A stretch of DNA of 64,000 nt. It comes from Macrostomum lignano (taxonomy: Eukaryota). The stretch is from positions 334,298 through 398,297 of the forward strand of contig NIVC01000757.1 in NCBI GenBank assembly GCA_002269645.1. The letters run 5' to 3'. How positions within the stretch are numbered: the stretch's first letter is position 1; every line of letters begins with the position of its first letter. Below the pieces are notes generated by a model. The model saw only the letters and a program-made list of their open reading frames with translations. It was not told where the DNA came from and searched no databases. Shown piece after piece: positions 18,719 to 30,299 of the stretch. A program made the translations under genes and the position numbers.

Positions 18719-20339
18719 CTGCTGGCGACACTGGGGGACCTCCCTGGGCGGCGCCAACCCTCCGTCCATAGCGACGCGTCGGCCGTTCAGGGACTAGCGG
18801 AATGGGCGCCCGCGCCTTCCCGCTGTGTCCCCTTCGGGACAGCCCTGCAGCTAAGTCAAGTAAGTCAAGAGCAGCGATCGTGGAGAAGTCCTTGAAATGT
18901 CGAGCATAGTAGTTTGCGAGGCCCTAGAATGATCGCAGCTCTGATACTGTCGCTGGCTTTGAGCTGTTGACTATTGCTTCCACCTTCTGTGGCACCTTCT
19001 TGACTTTGTCCGGATGATACCTTTGTTGAGCATGTCCTGGAGCTCGAGCTCTAGCTAATTGTCCCGCATCACGAATGGCTGCATGGATCTAGCCTTGAAG
19101 AATACTGGTCAAGAGGCCCGCTGTTCTGCGCCGGCGCCTGGCTGATATGGTTGGTAAACAACTGAGTCCAGTTGAGTCGCTCTGTTCTATCCAATTGCGT
19201 CCAAGCAATCGGCAGGCTCCGGTCTGAATAGTGGCCACCAACGGCAGCTCATCATACTGTCTTCCGCCGTCGCTGACCCTGATCTCGGCTGTTCCCTTGA
19301 CTTGTATCGGTTCGCCCATCCAGGCGTTTTGGTGTCAGCGGAGGTCGGCCGAGCTGCTTCCACATCGACTCCGGTATTATACGAGGCTGACGCAGGCACC
19401 GGTGTCCAGCTGTATGTTGAGGAGCTGGTCATTGACCAGCAGGCTTACGCAGACTTGCGAAATCCACCCGTTGCTGCTTCCTCATCTTCCGTTTGCATTG
19501 CGTGCACTGGTCCATTATCTGCCGTCTGTACTGTAGACTTTCTTGGCTGAGTGGCAAACTTTCCGCGGGTGTCCAACTTTCCCTCAGTTTATGGCTCTTC
19601 GCGATCCTAAAGTGGCAGAAGGCTGCCGACAGGTGGCCTCTGAATCCACACTTGTAGCTCGCCTTCGAATCCGGTGCTACCTGATGGACTGAGCTGACCT
19701 CTGAGCTCGATCTCCATCCACTGCTCAGTTTCCGACTTTGCGATCTCCACCGCGAAGACAATATTCCTCAACGCGAGCTTCTCCTCCATCAGAAGTCGCT
19801 GCTGGGTCTCCACCTTGTAGTGTCTGTCTATGTTACTCGCACTCCTCAGTCCCACCAGGCACATGTCTCTGTCTAGCCGTTACAGTCATCACTGTACGGC
19901 CAATGCACGCCCAAGTCCTATGCACAAGTCTGTCTGTCTGCACCCCGCACCTCCAACAAGCATAGGCCTGCCGGTTGCATTCCCCCAAGCTGGGAAGCAG
20001 AGAAATAAATAAAGAACCCCGGGGCCTGGCGCCTCAGCAAGAAGCTACGAACCAAGATCGAGCTGGCCTGCGAGGCTCACACACTCGTGCACAATCTTAT
20101 TCTTATTCATTTGGAGCTAGACTCCACACACCTTATGAGCTTAAGTTTTCATAATAGTCCCTAATTGTCCCCTTGCTTGTTCTCTTCTATTACAGGTCCA
20201 ATTTTTATAACTTTTTGCCAAAGCCAGCTTTCTGGTGTCACTGGGAGCAGAATAACGTATCATTTGTGTACATAGGTTACTCGGGCACCACTTGAATATG
20301 AGCTTAAGTTGACAGGCCCTTTTTCATCTGCCGTCATAT

Positions 20340-21500
20340 TTGATTTTGACCCGGCCGTTAACAGTAGCCCAACTGCACGCTGCATGTCTAAGAGACAATG
20401 GCCTACCGGTTTTAGGAAACAAACAAGAGCTTATTGAGCGGCTTCAAGCTGCTCCACCACAGCCAGGCGACGCCGAAGCCTCTGACGATGCAGAAGGAGA
20501 AGGAGCAGATGCAGCGATAAGTCAGCTGCTGAACGAGGAAGAATCAGAGAATATTGACGCTGCCAACATTTCTCAAGAGAGCCGACTTGACAGCGACTTC
20601 GTCGAACTAAAGAAGCGAGAGGTGCAACCCCGTCAGGAAATCGGTCTGCATGCCGCCGCCACAGCTGGAGATGTCGACCCGATTTCGGCGCTTTTTGGCT
20701 CGCTTTCAGCGGAGACGCGGCCGGCTCGACACCCTCGATCTGCTGATCGCAAACTTCAAGGATGGTAGACAGGAGCAGATTGCTTGACTGATGCATGATC
20801 GCGACCGGGGCGCAGCGAGGAGCGGTGTACCCAAGCTCAACAGTATCAGCACTGGACAGTGGATCGCTGCTAATGCCAGAATAATACAGCAACTGCTTGA
20901 GTCCAACCAGCTCGTCTCTAAAGGAAGCGATGGAAGTATTGATGTGCAACGCTTGAAGGCTTACCTCATTTCAACATACATATCGGCGAGCTCATGGAAG
21001 CAGTCGACTACGATTTGAATGTCATGCTACACGATATGACCATTCGCTGTATATTTTACAGGCCAAGTGGCACGGTGGCCCGGAGGAGTCAGCAGGCAGC
21101 TGCGCGGACCATGCCACCCGCGGACTCCTGGGTGTGGACATTCCTGCACCACTGCATCGCGGCCTCGACTGCAACCTGGCGCTGTGGTGAACTTCGAAAA
21201 GGCCGGGCATTGTCATGTATGCTTCAGGAGCCGGCCTGGACTTTTGGTTGCAGTCCTCTTGCCCAAAATAAAAAACATACTGTACGTGAAATAGAAAAGT
21301 CCGGGAACACTATCTGGACGGCTTTCACTGAAACCCTGAAATACCAGGCAACAAGTCAGCTAACTACCTTCGTTCCCAATACCTGCCAGAAAGCGACCTT
21401 GCAGACTTGCTCAGCAAAAGACTGCACCAACAGAGATCAAAATATAAAACTCAGGCCATGGACAACTAAGGAACACTTCGTTATACAAGCATATAGTGTA
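20340..21500 (+). mobile_element. Degenerate DIRS/Ngaro-like (tyrosine-recombinase retroelement) gag-like ORF with N-terminal SAP domain
   Basis: SAP-like LTVAQL.AAC.DNGLPVLGNKQELIERL, then across frameshifts PKLNSISTGQWIAANARI, YIGELME..VMLHD..IR and WGVD. This pattern is recalled from DIRS-like gag ORFs. No intact RT or YR seen. Confidence 0.55.
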
Positions 21501-21931
21501 ATGTAGTCCTTGATTTAGGCGATCCTGCGATCCTCTCAAAGCCTACAAAAAAGGCACTCCTTGTTGGTACCCGGGCCCAGCTGGGCGGGCGGCATTAAGC
21601 CACAGTGACAAACTGCAGATAAGTAAGTTATGTCAGCACTGGTTATTCGCAATGGCAGGCAACTTCATCCTAGGCCTATCGACCAGATCCGGGTAAACTC
21701 ATCAACTTTTTATTCGTCAATTTTGTTGACGAGTTTACCACGGTTTGCACAGACAGCGTAACTAACGTGCAGCATAACGAAGAGTATAAAAGTAAGAGGT
21801 GCAAACCTAGGCAAAAGCACTAAATTTTTAGTTTATACGTGTATAAAAAAATAAATACTTAAGTTTTTTGTTCAATTAAAATTAGAAAAACTGATTGACA
21901 TTGAACTTGATTAAGATTGGGATCCTAGAGT

Positions 21932-23373
21932 GGGTCACTCTAATTTGAGGGGACGACGAGGGGACTCGTGAGGGGACGATTGATTTCTAAATTTAGATTA
22001 TGCAATATAACAAACAAAATGAGAACAATATCGAAATATCTAATGCGGAGAGCCAGTACTATTTGATGCGAATTTAAGATAAAGCAGAAACGCAAATTCA
22101 CATCGAAGGCAGCTTTAAGGTTTTTCTGTAAACGATTCAATTATTCGAAGTTTCCGCGTTATATGCATCTCGCGATCATGATTACAAGTCAGCCCGCAAT
22201 TATGTAACGTTTAGTAAATTATTTTGCTTTATAGAGTTTTGGACTTTAGAATTTTCGTTCTCAGCTAATTGCTTTTTTGTTAGTTTCAATTTTTTTGCTT
22301 GCACGAGGGTCTTGTTAATTGGTTATACAATACATGTAGACAGTTTACTAATTCTTTTACATAATTGCATCTTAAAACATGTAAATAGTCTTAATTATGT
22401 CAATGTGAATCGCTGAATTCAAAATAGCGCATATAAAACTATCGCAGGATTGTAAAATTCAAGAACAACTTTTAAAATGTTTTAAAAAATTTAAAAGTAT
22501 GAATTTATTTAATTTTTCCATGCTTTTGAATCAGTAAAAATACACTTTGTTTCATTTGAAAATATCTGATAGATTATCCTGGTCGGCCAAAATTTTTACT
22601 GTGTATGTTCGATTTTTTACGGTATTTTTTGTTTTTAAAAGTTCCAGTTCGATGACATCCATATAAATTCTTAACTGCTCATAAATTATCTGCTAGCAGA
22701 TAACTTCAGCTGAAGTTGACAATTTACATTATTGCTACAAAAATGCAAATGCTAAAAATAATATTTATAAAGTTAAAAAATTATTTAGCAGTATGGCACG
22801 GTACAAAGTTAAGAAGGAAACATTATTTTATTCGAATCCTCTTTAAAGAAGAGAAGTACACGCTTTTTGCCTGACTTTTGAACATAAAATATCACACTCT
22901 TAAACTTAGAAATCGCAACAATCATCATATACTATGAGTTCGAAAAGCGAAATTCCAAATTAAAATAGATTTTGCTCAAACTCCGAGGTAGAGTAAAAAG
23001 TTCAGAATGTGTTAGAAATACACTTGGATAGAAACGTGACATCAACGTATTCGGATAATATGTGCAAAGGCCCAGAGCTAGCCTAGCGCTCGAGCCGGCG
23101 TCGCGGGACCTGCGCTAAAATTGCTACCAAAATCAAAACGGTATATAAATTATCGCTTAGATTAAAAACAAATAATTTTGTATAATAAAGTATTTGCATT
23201 AGCGCATTTCTAATTTGTTTTTGCTGGTTATTTTAATCAATCAGCAAGAATGTACGTTAGAACGGAAAACGTTGTTTAAATTAGGCATCTTTTTTTAGAC
23301 ATCCACCACCCCCCCCCCTCCCTTCGTGCACCCAGGCTCGTCCCCTCGTCCCCTCAAATTCAAATTGTGACCC
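21932..23373. mobile_element. Non-coding element bounded by imperfect inverted repeats (MITE-like)
   Basis: Left GGGTCACTCTAATTTGAGGGGACGACGAGGGGA vs reverse complement of right end GGGTCACAATTTGAATTTGAGGGGACGAGGGGA. No clean TSD. Confidence 0.5.
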
Positions 23374-23469
23374 CCTAAAGCTAAACGGGTCTAAAGTGGT
23401 TCTATCTATAGACTTGAATTGCTGTTCTTGACATGGAAGATTATCGGATTCATTGTTTTTAATTTTTTT

Positions 23470-23647
23470 GTATCTCGTATTTCCTAGGGGGGGGATACAC
23501 CAAGGTGAATTTTCTACGGGGGGATACACCAAGGTAAAAGTGCTCACATGGTAGCATGTATAGCGAAAAAGGGCAACAAAAAAGTTTTGGTCAGGCTCTT
23601 CGGGGGGATACATCCCCCCTGATCCCCCCCCCCTGCCTACGCCACTG
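23470..23647 (-). mobile_element. Single terminus of a DNA transposon (CAGTGGCGTAGGCAGGGGGG type)
   Basis: Reverse complement of 23620-23647 is CAGTGGCGTAGGCAGGGGGGG, with duplicated subterminal GGGGGGATACACCAAGGT. Partner end not found. Confidence 0.45.
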
Positions 23648-26224
23648 ACAGTAGGCCTATACAGTAATACAGCTAGGCCAGTTGACAAGTTTACCAGCAC
23701 CCATTGAACCAACTTTTAATTGTAATGAATCTTTATTTTTAAAATAAAAAGTCTTTTTTCTTAGCTAGTAATTTTGAGAAACAGGAAGAAAAAATCATGT
23801 TGAAAACTGAAAAGTCAATGCTAGCTGTAGTTATCAAAGGAAGGTCTAGGATATGATTGACTGGCAACACAGTTAAAGTTAAACAACATTATATTTGATT
23901 TTCAGATATTTTATTAATGCTTTAGGCTTAGGCCTAGGCCCCTATGCCTATACATCATTTGATCATTAGTGCTAATGTTAGCAGTTAACCTTTGGCTTAA
24001 TATAAATAAAGCAACAAGTAAACTTTACTATAGTTATTAGGCCCTAAGTTATTTGCCAATTATTTTTGCTTCTTAGAAATTTTTTTCTTGCTTGTAGTTT
24101 GCTTTTTGGTGCCCATGCTTTTGGTACCAGGTACCTAGCATTTTGATAAAATGCCTCATGCGGGTCATTAATTGTTGTCCATTTGTCTGCCTATTGGAGT
24201 TTTGTGCTAGGGTAGACAGTTTATAACATTTTATTTTCCTAATAAAAACAATATCTATTTTATTAAACTGGTATTTTGCTTCAACTTTAAAAAATCTATT
24301 TGATTTAATTACATTTGTTGTAGACCTAAAGCCTAATCTTTTCTTGCAATATAAAGCTGCACTTAGCATGCATGCTAAATATTTAGTTAGACTCAGATAT
24401 AATCCATTGATAATGCTATATAGGCCTATAGTTTTTATTAAAATTTATAAAATGTAGTATTAAAAATATATTTTAGTATTGATTTCTTAAGTGACATATT
24501 CATGGTTACTTATTTCTCAAGAAATTGAGACAAATTTTTAGTAAAACAAGTCTTAAAATTAAAAGTAAAAAACTAAAAATAGATCAACTTAACAAAATGA
24601 ATAATACCTTAGTTTTTAAAATAATGAAGTTTTATAAAGCATTTATTGCTAAATTAGGACTTTTTCTATATTTTTGTAGTTATATTATCTAGGACACCAA
24701 AATACTAGGCATCAAAAAGCATAGATACCTTGCTTGTATATTGTATATAAGTTTATACATGCATAATTGCTAGCTGATCTTTCTACTGTAAATTGTGGTG
24801 GACTAAGGATAAGTTGCAAACATGTTTACCCAATAGAATATAGACAATATTAATTAGATGTCAAGGCTTTTGGCCTTAATAATATAATTATTAAGAGGGA
24901 AAGGAAAAATTTCTCTTTCCTAACAATTTTTTGCTATACCGAAATGGAGCAATACAGGCATAGGCCTACAAAATTCAAGAACATTGGCTAACTTTTTTTA
25001 TATTATTATATACTAGCAACATTTTGCTAAACAAATAGTAGAAAAATGTCAATGGTATTTGCAAGATTAATGTATCTTGCTATTCGCCACTATTTTGCCA
25101 TAATTAAGCTATTTTTTATTTCCTAATAGATTCAATTGTATCAATTTGTTTTGCCTAAAAAGCAATTCTAAATAATTAATATTACTATAGATGTATATTG
25201 TAGTTCCCTTTATATATTATAAGAATAAAAACCCTTTGAGCCATTTTCCTTAGCCAAAAATGAGCTTTAAAGCATATGCAAAACTGTTCTTACATTTTGA
25301 AACTATATAAAATATTAATGTTTAGAGAAAATGAATTCAATAATACTGCCTTATGTTTATATATTCTACATAAGTTGTTAAAATACAAAAATTACAAAAT
25401 GCAATATTATGTGCCAAATTGGCACAAAGCTAGAGGAGTAATATTCAAGTTAGTTAAAGACAATTTCCAAGCAATGGTTAAGTATGTACTATACTGAACT
25501 AGAACTCAATTAAATCAAATGTAGCTACAAAACTTTATATAACTCATGTTCTCATCATTAGTATTATTGGCACTGTTCTTGTCATCACTTGATATAATGG
25601 CTTTACTAAGAAGCTTGGCTAGGAGATTAGCCAAAGGGACTCTCTGGTATCACTTTTATCCTTTACCAACTTCAGACATTTTTAGGACTTTTCCTTGCCT
25701 TTAGTTGTCTTAAGTCGTCATTGGCAAAACTGCCTTTGAAAAAAATATAGATAAAATATAATAATGAAAATTCTAATAGAATAGCAAATATTTAGCTAAT
25801 CAATTATTCTTTATTTATTTGCATATCAAAAATACAAGCTTATGTATGACTATCATCCAAATTTAACTGCATAAGAATATTATCAGTTGCAAGTGGCTGC
25901 ATAGTCAAGATGTCAATTCTTTGGTAAACTATTGACAAAAAAGAACAAAAATTTTTTTTAATAAAGAAGCAGTAAAATATGAAATTTTAAAATAAAGTCA
26001 ATAATAAAGTTAAAGTGATTTAAGATAAATAAAACCATGTTTTCAAGTAGATATATTTCAAAAAATAGTTCTAGCTATTTTAGCTAGGTTCAAACAAAGA
26101 TAAAAACTAATGACCTTTTTTTCTGCTAAACTAGACCTAAATATATTGTAGTTTTTACTGTGGTAAAGTTGCGCGTCTAAGAAAAAGTAGAATTAAGAAG
26201 GTGAGTGCTATCATTTTTTATGCG

Positions 26225-26431
26225 ACATGTTTCATCTTGCGTCAGGCATCGTTGGGCTCTTAAAATTAGTAGCAATTTATTGTATGTCGCATAAATATAT
26301 TTATACATTTATAACATACATTTCTGACTTTTATTGACTAATTCTTACTCTTAATTGTTAAATATTAATGAACAAATAAATTGTTACTAATTTTAAGAGC
26401 CTGACAATGCCTGACGCGAGGCAAAACATGT
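26225..26431. repeat. Foldback: ~54-bp imperfect inverted repeats around ~100-bp AT spacer
   Basis: ACATGTTTCATCTTGCGTCAGGCATCGTTGGGCTCTTAAAATTAGTAGCAATT (from 26225) vs reverse complement of the arm ending at 26431, ACATGTTTTGCCTCGCGTCAGGCATTGTCAGGCTCTTAAAATTAGTAACAATT. Confidence 0.85.
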
Positions 26432-27507
26432 AGGATAAAAAATTGTACTTTTTAATTTATACATTTGTTTTTTGAGTACCATACACAGCAAGTGATAATT
26501 TATATATAGTTTTTTTAATAATCTTTAATTAATGTGCTTCTCAAGCATATATTAATGATTAAATTAGTTTGTAAAAAAATAAAACTTTTTTTTTGCTATA
26601 TAAAGTCAAACAATCACCTTGCTTCTTATCTTCTTTTAATTTAATTGTTGTAGAAATAAATTAGCCTAAAAACTATAGGCTACCTTGCTTTTAAGTGGAA
26701 AGCTTTTGACATATTGAAAATTGTTAGTAATTGTTAAAGTATTCTCATTATCCTTTTGAACTAGTCTGATTAAGCAAATCAGCTCTTTTTGACTTAAATC
26801 ATTAAGACTCTGTTATCAGTCTAACTGCAAATGCTTTGCCCTCTATATAGGGCTTTAGTATCATTTTTAAGATTTTTTATATTTTCTAGTTGATTAAGGA
26901 AATAGCAGCAAATGTATAATATCGATATTTTTATATTTAATATTTCAAGAACATTTTTATCCAAATGGATATACTATATAGTATTTGTTTAATAGTAACA
27001 AGATTTTTTATATGATGCTGTGTAGTCTAGTTGTATACTATATAAAATACATATGAAATTGTATAGTATAGTATACATATGAAAATACATATGAAACTAT
27101 ATAGTATAGTGTGTTGCTCTTTCCCAATGTTCTTGAAGATGTTCCTAGAAATAGAACTTGTTGCTCCAGAAGTAGCTAGATAGTACCTTTGTACTACCTA
27201 TTGATTTGTCCAATAAAGACCTAAAATGTTAGCCTTAGACTTGGTAGGGTTGCTGCCACCTTGGTGTGCGGACTCGATGCATTGGCAGAGTTGTCTATCT
27301 ATCACCTGAAATAAAATAACAAAGTTGTTTGGAGCAAAGGCAAATCTGAAAATGTCCCGACAGTTGATCATTCTAGTAAATGTTGCTTGAACCTGAAAAC
27401 CTGAAAATCCTAAAATGAGAAAGGAGAGCTTTGAGGCAGAGAGATGGCTCTATTTGAGGAAGCTCCTAAATGCAGGTCTGGGAAAAAAATGGCTCCCAGA
27501 TGCTCTG

Positions 27508-27867
27508 TATTTATAGCTGAGCAGACCCCCAAAGTTACGTGAGCTTCATGCGGTGAATGTGTGAAACTTCCTTATTTGGACTTCGGAATCATGCGAGAGA
27601 TGTGTGATCCAAGGCCAACTCCCAAATAAAGTAACCCTGTCATGCTGCTATGGCGTGACTCAAGGTCAGCTGCCACGCAAAATTAGTGTGCACAGTCATG
27701 TGCTTGTCTGTGCTAAAAATAGAACTTGGGTAGTTGAGTCATCCTGTTTACTCCCTCTAGGCAGCCTTTATACCCTGCGCAGATTATGAGTCATCCTGCT
27801 ATGCCTCCTCAGTGTGAGTGGGAAGACATTGAGTATGGCTGCCCACACCTGCTCGGGTGATGAGTCA
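27508..27867 (-). promoter_or_regulatory. Putative promoter/enhancer: TATA box plus four AP-1 sites
   Basis: TATAAATA on minus strand at 27508-27515. TGA(C/G)TCA at 27656, 27735, 27787, 27861. E-boxes CAGCTG and CACCTG. GC-richer island within AT-rich DNA. Confidence 0.5.
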
Positions 27868-28670
27868 TCAGGCAATAAACACTTAGGCCCAGCACAGGGT
27901 AACTCTCTCTCTCAGACAGGTGGACTGAGCTGCTGTGCAGCAGACCACAGCACTTGTCGAAAAAGCTAGTGAGTGCTGCTGAATAGACAGTTGGCAGCTA
28001 GTCACTACAATAATATAAATGTAAAAATTAATTTTATGCAAGCAAACTATTTCAATAATTGTAAGGCTATAATAAGATTAAAATACACATTCATTAATTA
28101 AAAAATTATGTTAATTTTTTCTAAATTTATAGATGTAATATCTTCAAGTTTCATGAAACTAATAGAAAATCAGTTTATTTAAAATAGTTGCATTATTAAG
28201 AAATGAAATATTTGATAAATTACTAACAAATTGTTATTAATGTATATGTATTATTGTGCCTAGTTTTAGTATCTTATAGGTCATAATAAATGAAAGTTTA
28301 TATATTTATTATTTTGTTTTAGACAATAGGCAAGAAATTTATTATAATAATATAATTGAAATTTTCCTAGGAGGGTTTTAAGCAACTTTGTGAAATTTCA
28401 TTAACAACATTTTGCAAAACCCGAAAGGCTGCTCCTGTTTAAGGGTACATGCAAGCATACATGCGCAACTGCTGGCCGAGCTGGCCGATCCGGCCACCGT
28501 AAATCATGGCTGACCAGGGGTAAGTCGCAAAATTGAGTCAACCAAAAACAGAAAAACACAAGAACCAAGAAAGGCAAGAGGAAAGCGAAAGAAAGAGCAG
28601 TTCAGGGAAAATGGTGAAGCAAAAGAAAAACAATTCGCAAAAGAAGCAAACTAAGTTGTAAAAATAATCA

Positions 28671-29213
28671 GGTAAGTCGCAAAAAGGATCAGGTAAGTCG
28701 CAAAAGAAGCAAACTAAGTCGCAAAAAGGATCAGGTAAGTCGCAAAAAGGATTAGGTAAGTCCCAAAAAGGATTAGGTAAGTCGCAAAAAGGATTAGGTA
28801 AGTCGCAAAAGGATTAGGTAAGTCGCAAAAGGGTTAGGTAAGTCGCAAAAGGATTAGGTAAGTCGCAAAAGGATTAGGTAAGTCGCAAAAGGGTTAGGTA
28901 AGTCGCAAAAGGGTTAGGTAAGTCGCAAAAGGGTTAGGTAAGTCGCAAAAGGGTTAGGTAAGTCGCAAAAGGATTAGGTAAGTCGCAAAAGGGTTAAGTC
29001 GCAAAAAGGATTAGGTAAGTCGCAAAAAGGATTAAGTAAGTCGCAAAAAGGATTAGGTAAGTCGCAAAAAGGATTAGGTAAGTCGCAAAAAGGATTAGGT
29101 AAGTCGCAAAAAGGATTAAGTAAGTCGCAAAAAGGATTAGGTAAGTCGCAAAAAGGATTAAGCAAGTCGCAAAAAGGATTAGGTAAGTCGCAAAAAGAAG
29201 CAACTAAGTCGCA
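28671..29213 (+). repeat. Tandem array, ~21-22-bp unit AAAAAGGATTAGGTAAGTCGC
   Basis: Direct inspection; roughly two dozen units with variable A-run length. Confidence 0.95.
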
Positions 29214-29423
29214 ATAAGAGGCAATCAGGGGGTAGTAGGTGCAAGTGTGGCAGGAGAGCAAAAACAGAATAGAAGCCTTCAACAACAGACAAGATCTTTG
29301 AAATCAGAAGCCCGCGTCAACAGTTTCCCATTGATTTCTTAAACTCTGGAGCAGGGGTTGGCAAGCTCGCGAAGCCCCTCTATCTGGCCCTCGCCCCTCG
29401 GGTTCTTTGAAACTTCCTAACTA

Positions 29424-30280
29424 CGAGGGGCGTCCGGAAAGTAGTGTTACTTTTGCTTGGTGTGGACGTATGGACAGTCACACTTGCATGTGCTTGGTGT
29501 CATTTGAAAGCGGCAAGTCTCTTCTTTAAAATGACACCAATTGCAAGAGATTTGGATCTGTGCTTCAAGAGATATGGACGATTAAGTAGAGAAAGGTCAG
29601 TCATAGACTTACAGAACCTCAAAAATGTGAACAGAAAACTTTTACGATTTTATCGATTTTTTCGTAATCATGGGCTGTCTATGGCCAAATGTGATGCAGT
29701 GAACGAGAGGGGCTGTCTCATAAAACTACGAGACTTGTAAAACTGCTTCTGCTGCGCCTGCAAAGTTTATTGACATTCAATTTTCAATTGTGAACTGCAA
29801 ATGGATGTGCATTCAAAGACTGGGCAGCGACATGCCATCTTTACACTTTGGAGCTCTGGAACCAAATCGGCTGACATCCACAGGCAACTTTGCACAGCTC
29901 ATGGCGACCATGCTGTCAGCAAGATGACAAGTCTGCCAACCGATGAATGATTTTAATGTTGTTCGCTTGTGTGATAATTTGCTTGTTATCTGTTTCACCT
30001 GCTTCTGTACTGTACTGTTGTGTTTTTTGTTTTTTTCTGGAGTAATTACGCTCGTGATAAAAGTTTTCTGTTGACATTTTTGAGGTTCTGTAAGTCTATG
30101 ACTGACCTTTCTCTACTTAATCGTCCATATCTCTCTTGAAGCACAGATTCAAATCTCTTGCAATTGGTGTCATTTTAAAGAAGAGACTTGCCGCTTTCAA
30201 ATGACACCAAGCACATGCAAGTGTGACTGTCCATACGTCCACACCAAGCAAAAGTAACACTACTTTCCGGACGCCCCTTG
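29424..30280 (+). mobile_element. Non-autonomous mariner (Tc1/mariner) with ~220-bp TIRs
   Basis: TA at 29422-23 and 30281-82. TIR CGAGGGGCGTCCGGAAAGTAGTG... spans ~29424-29644 and ~30058-30280. Internal 49-aa ORF 29801-29950 (QRHAIFTLWSSGTKSADIHRQLCTAHGD) resembles the mariner N-terminal HTH. Confidence 0.92.
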
Positions 30281-30299
30281 TAGCAAGGTTGGTGTCTCT

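Larger units (their letters stand above)
13855..18866 (+). mobile_element. Non-LTR retrotransposon LINE-B, LOA/Lian-like, lacking a 5' UTR
   Basis: 13-bp TSD AAGAGCAGCGATC at 13842-13854 and 18867-18879. Tail TAAGTCAAGTAAGTC. Removing it rejoins the gypsy RT motif FSTIAALLYQL. Confidence 0.95.
12301..19950 (-). mobile_element. Degenerate Ty3/gypsy LTR retrotransposon (K02A2.6/Mag-like), interrupted by LINE-B
   Basis: Minus-strand fragments in gypsy order: gag knuckle (CGFRGHL..CHFR), protease IQLDTGACVSL and LLGRNW, RT connection LGLANYYARHF..IAALLYQL, RNase H AERNYSKIE.EALAIVFAIK, integrase HVD..SKW..LVSDNG..NGLVERLV. Many deletions and frameshifts. The upper boundary is approximate. Confidence 0.88.

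Noticed and set aside
19950-20330. Expected 5' LTR and primer-binding site of the gypsy element
   Set aside because: No sequence matching 12301-12479 was found.
28671-29213. Telomere-like TTAGG within the array
   Set aside because: Only one pentamer per 21-bp unit, not a (TTAGG)n or (TTAGGG)n run.
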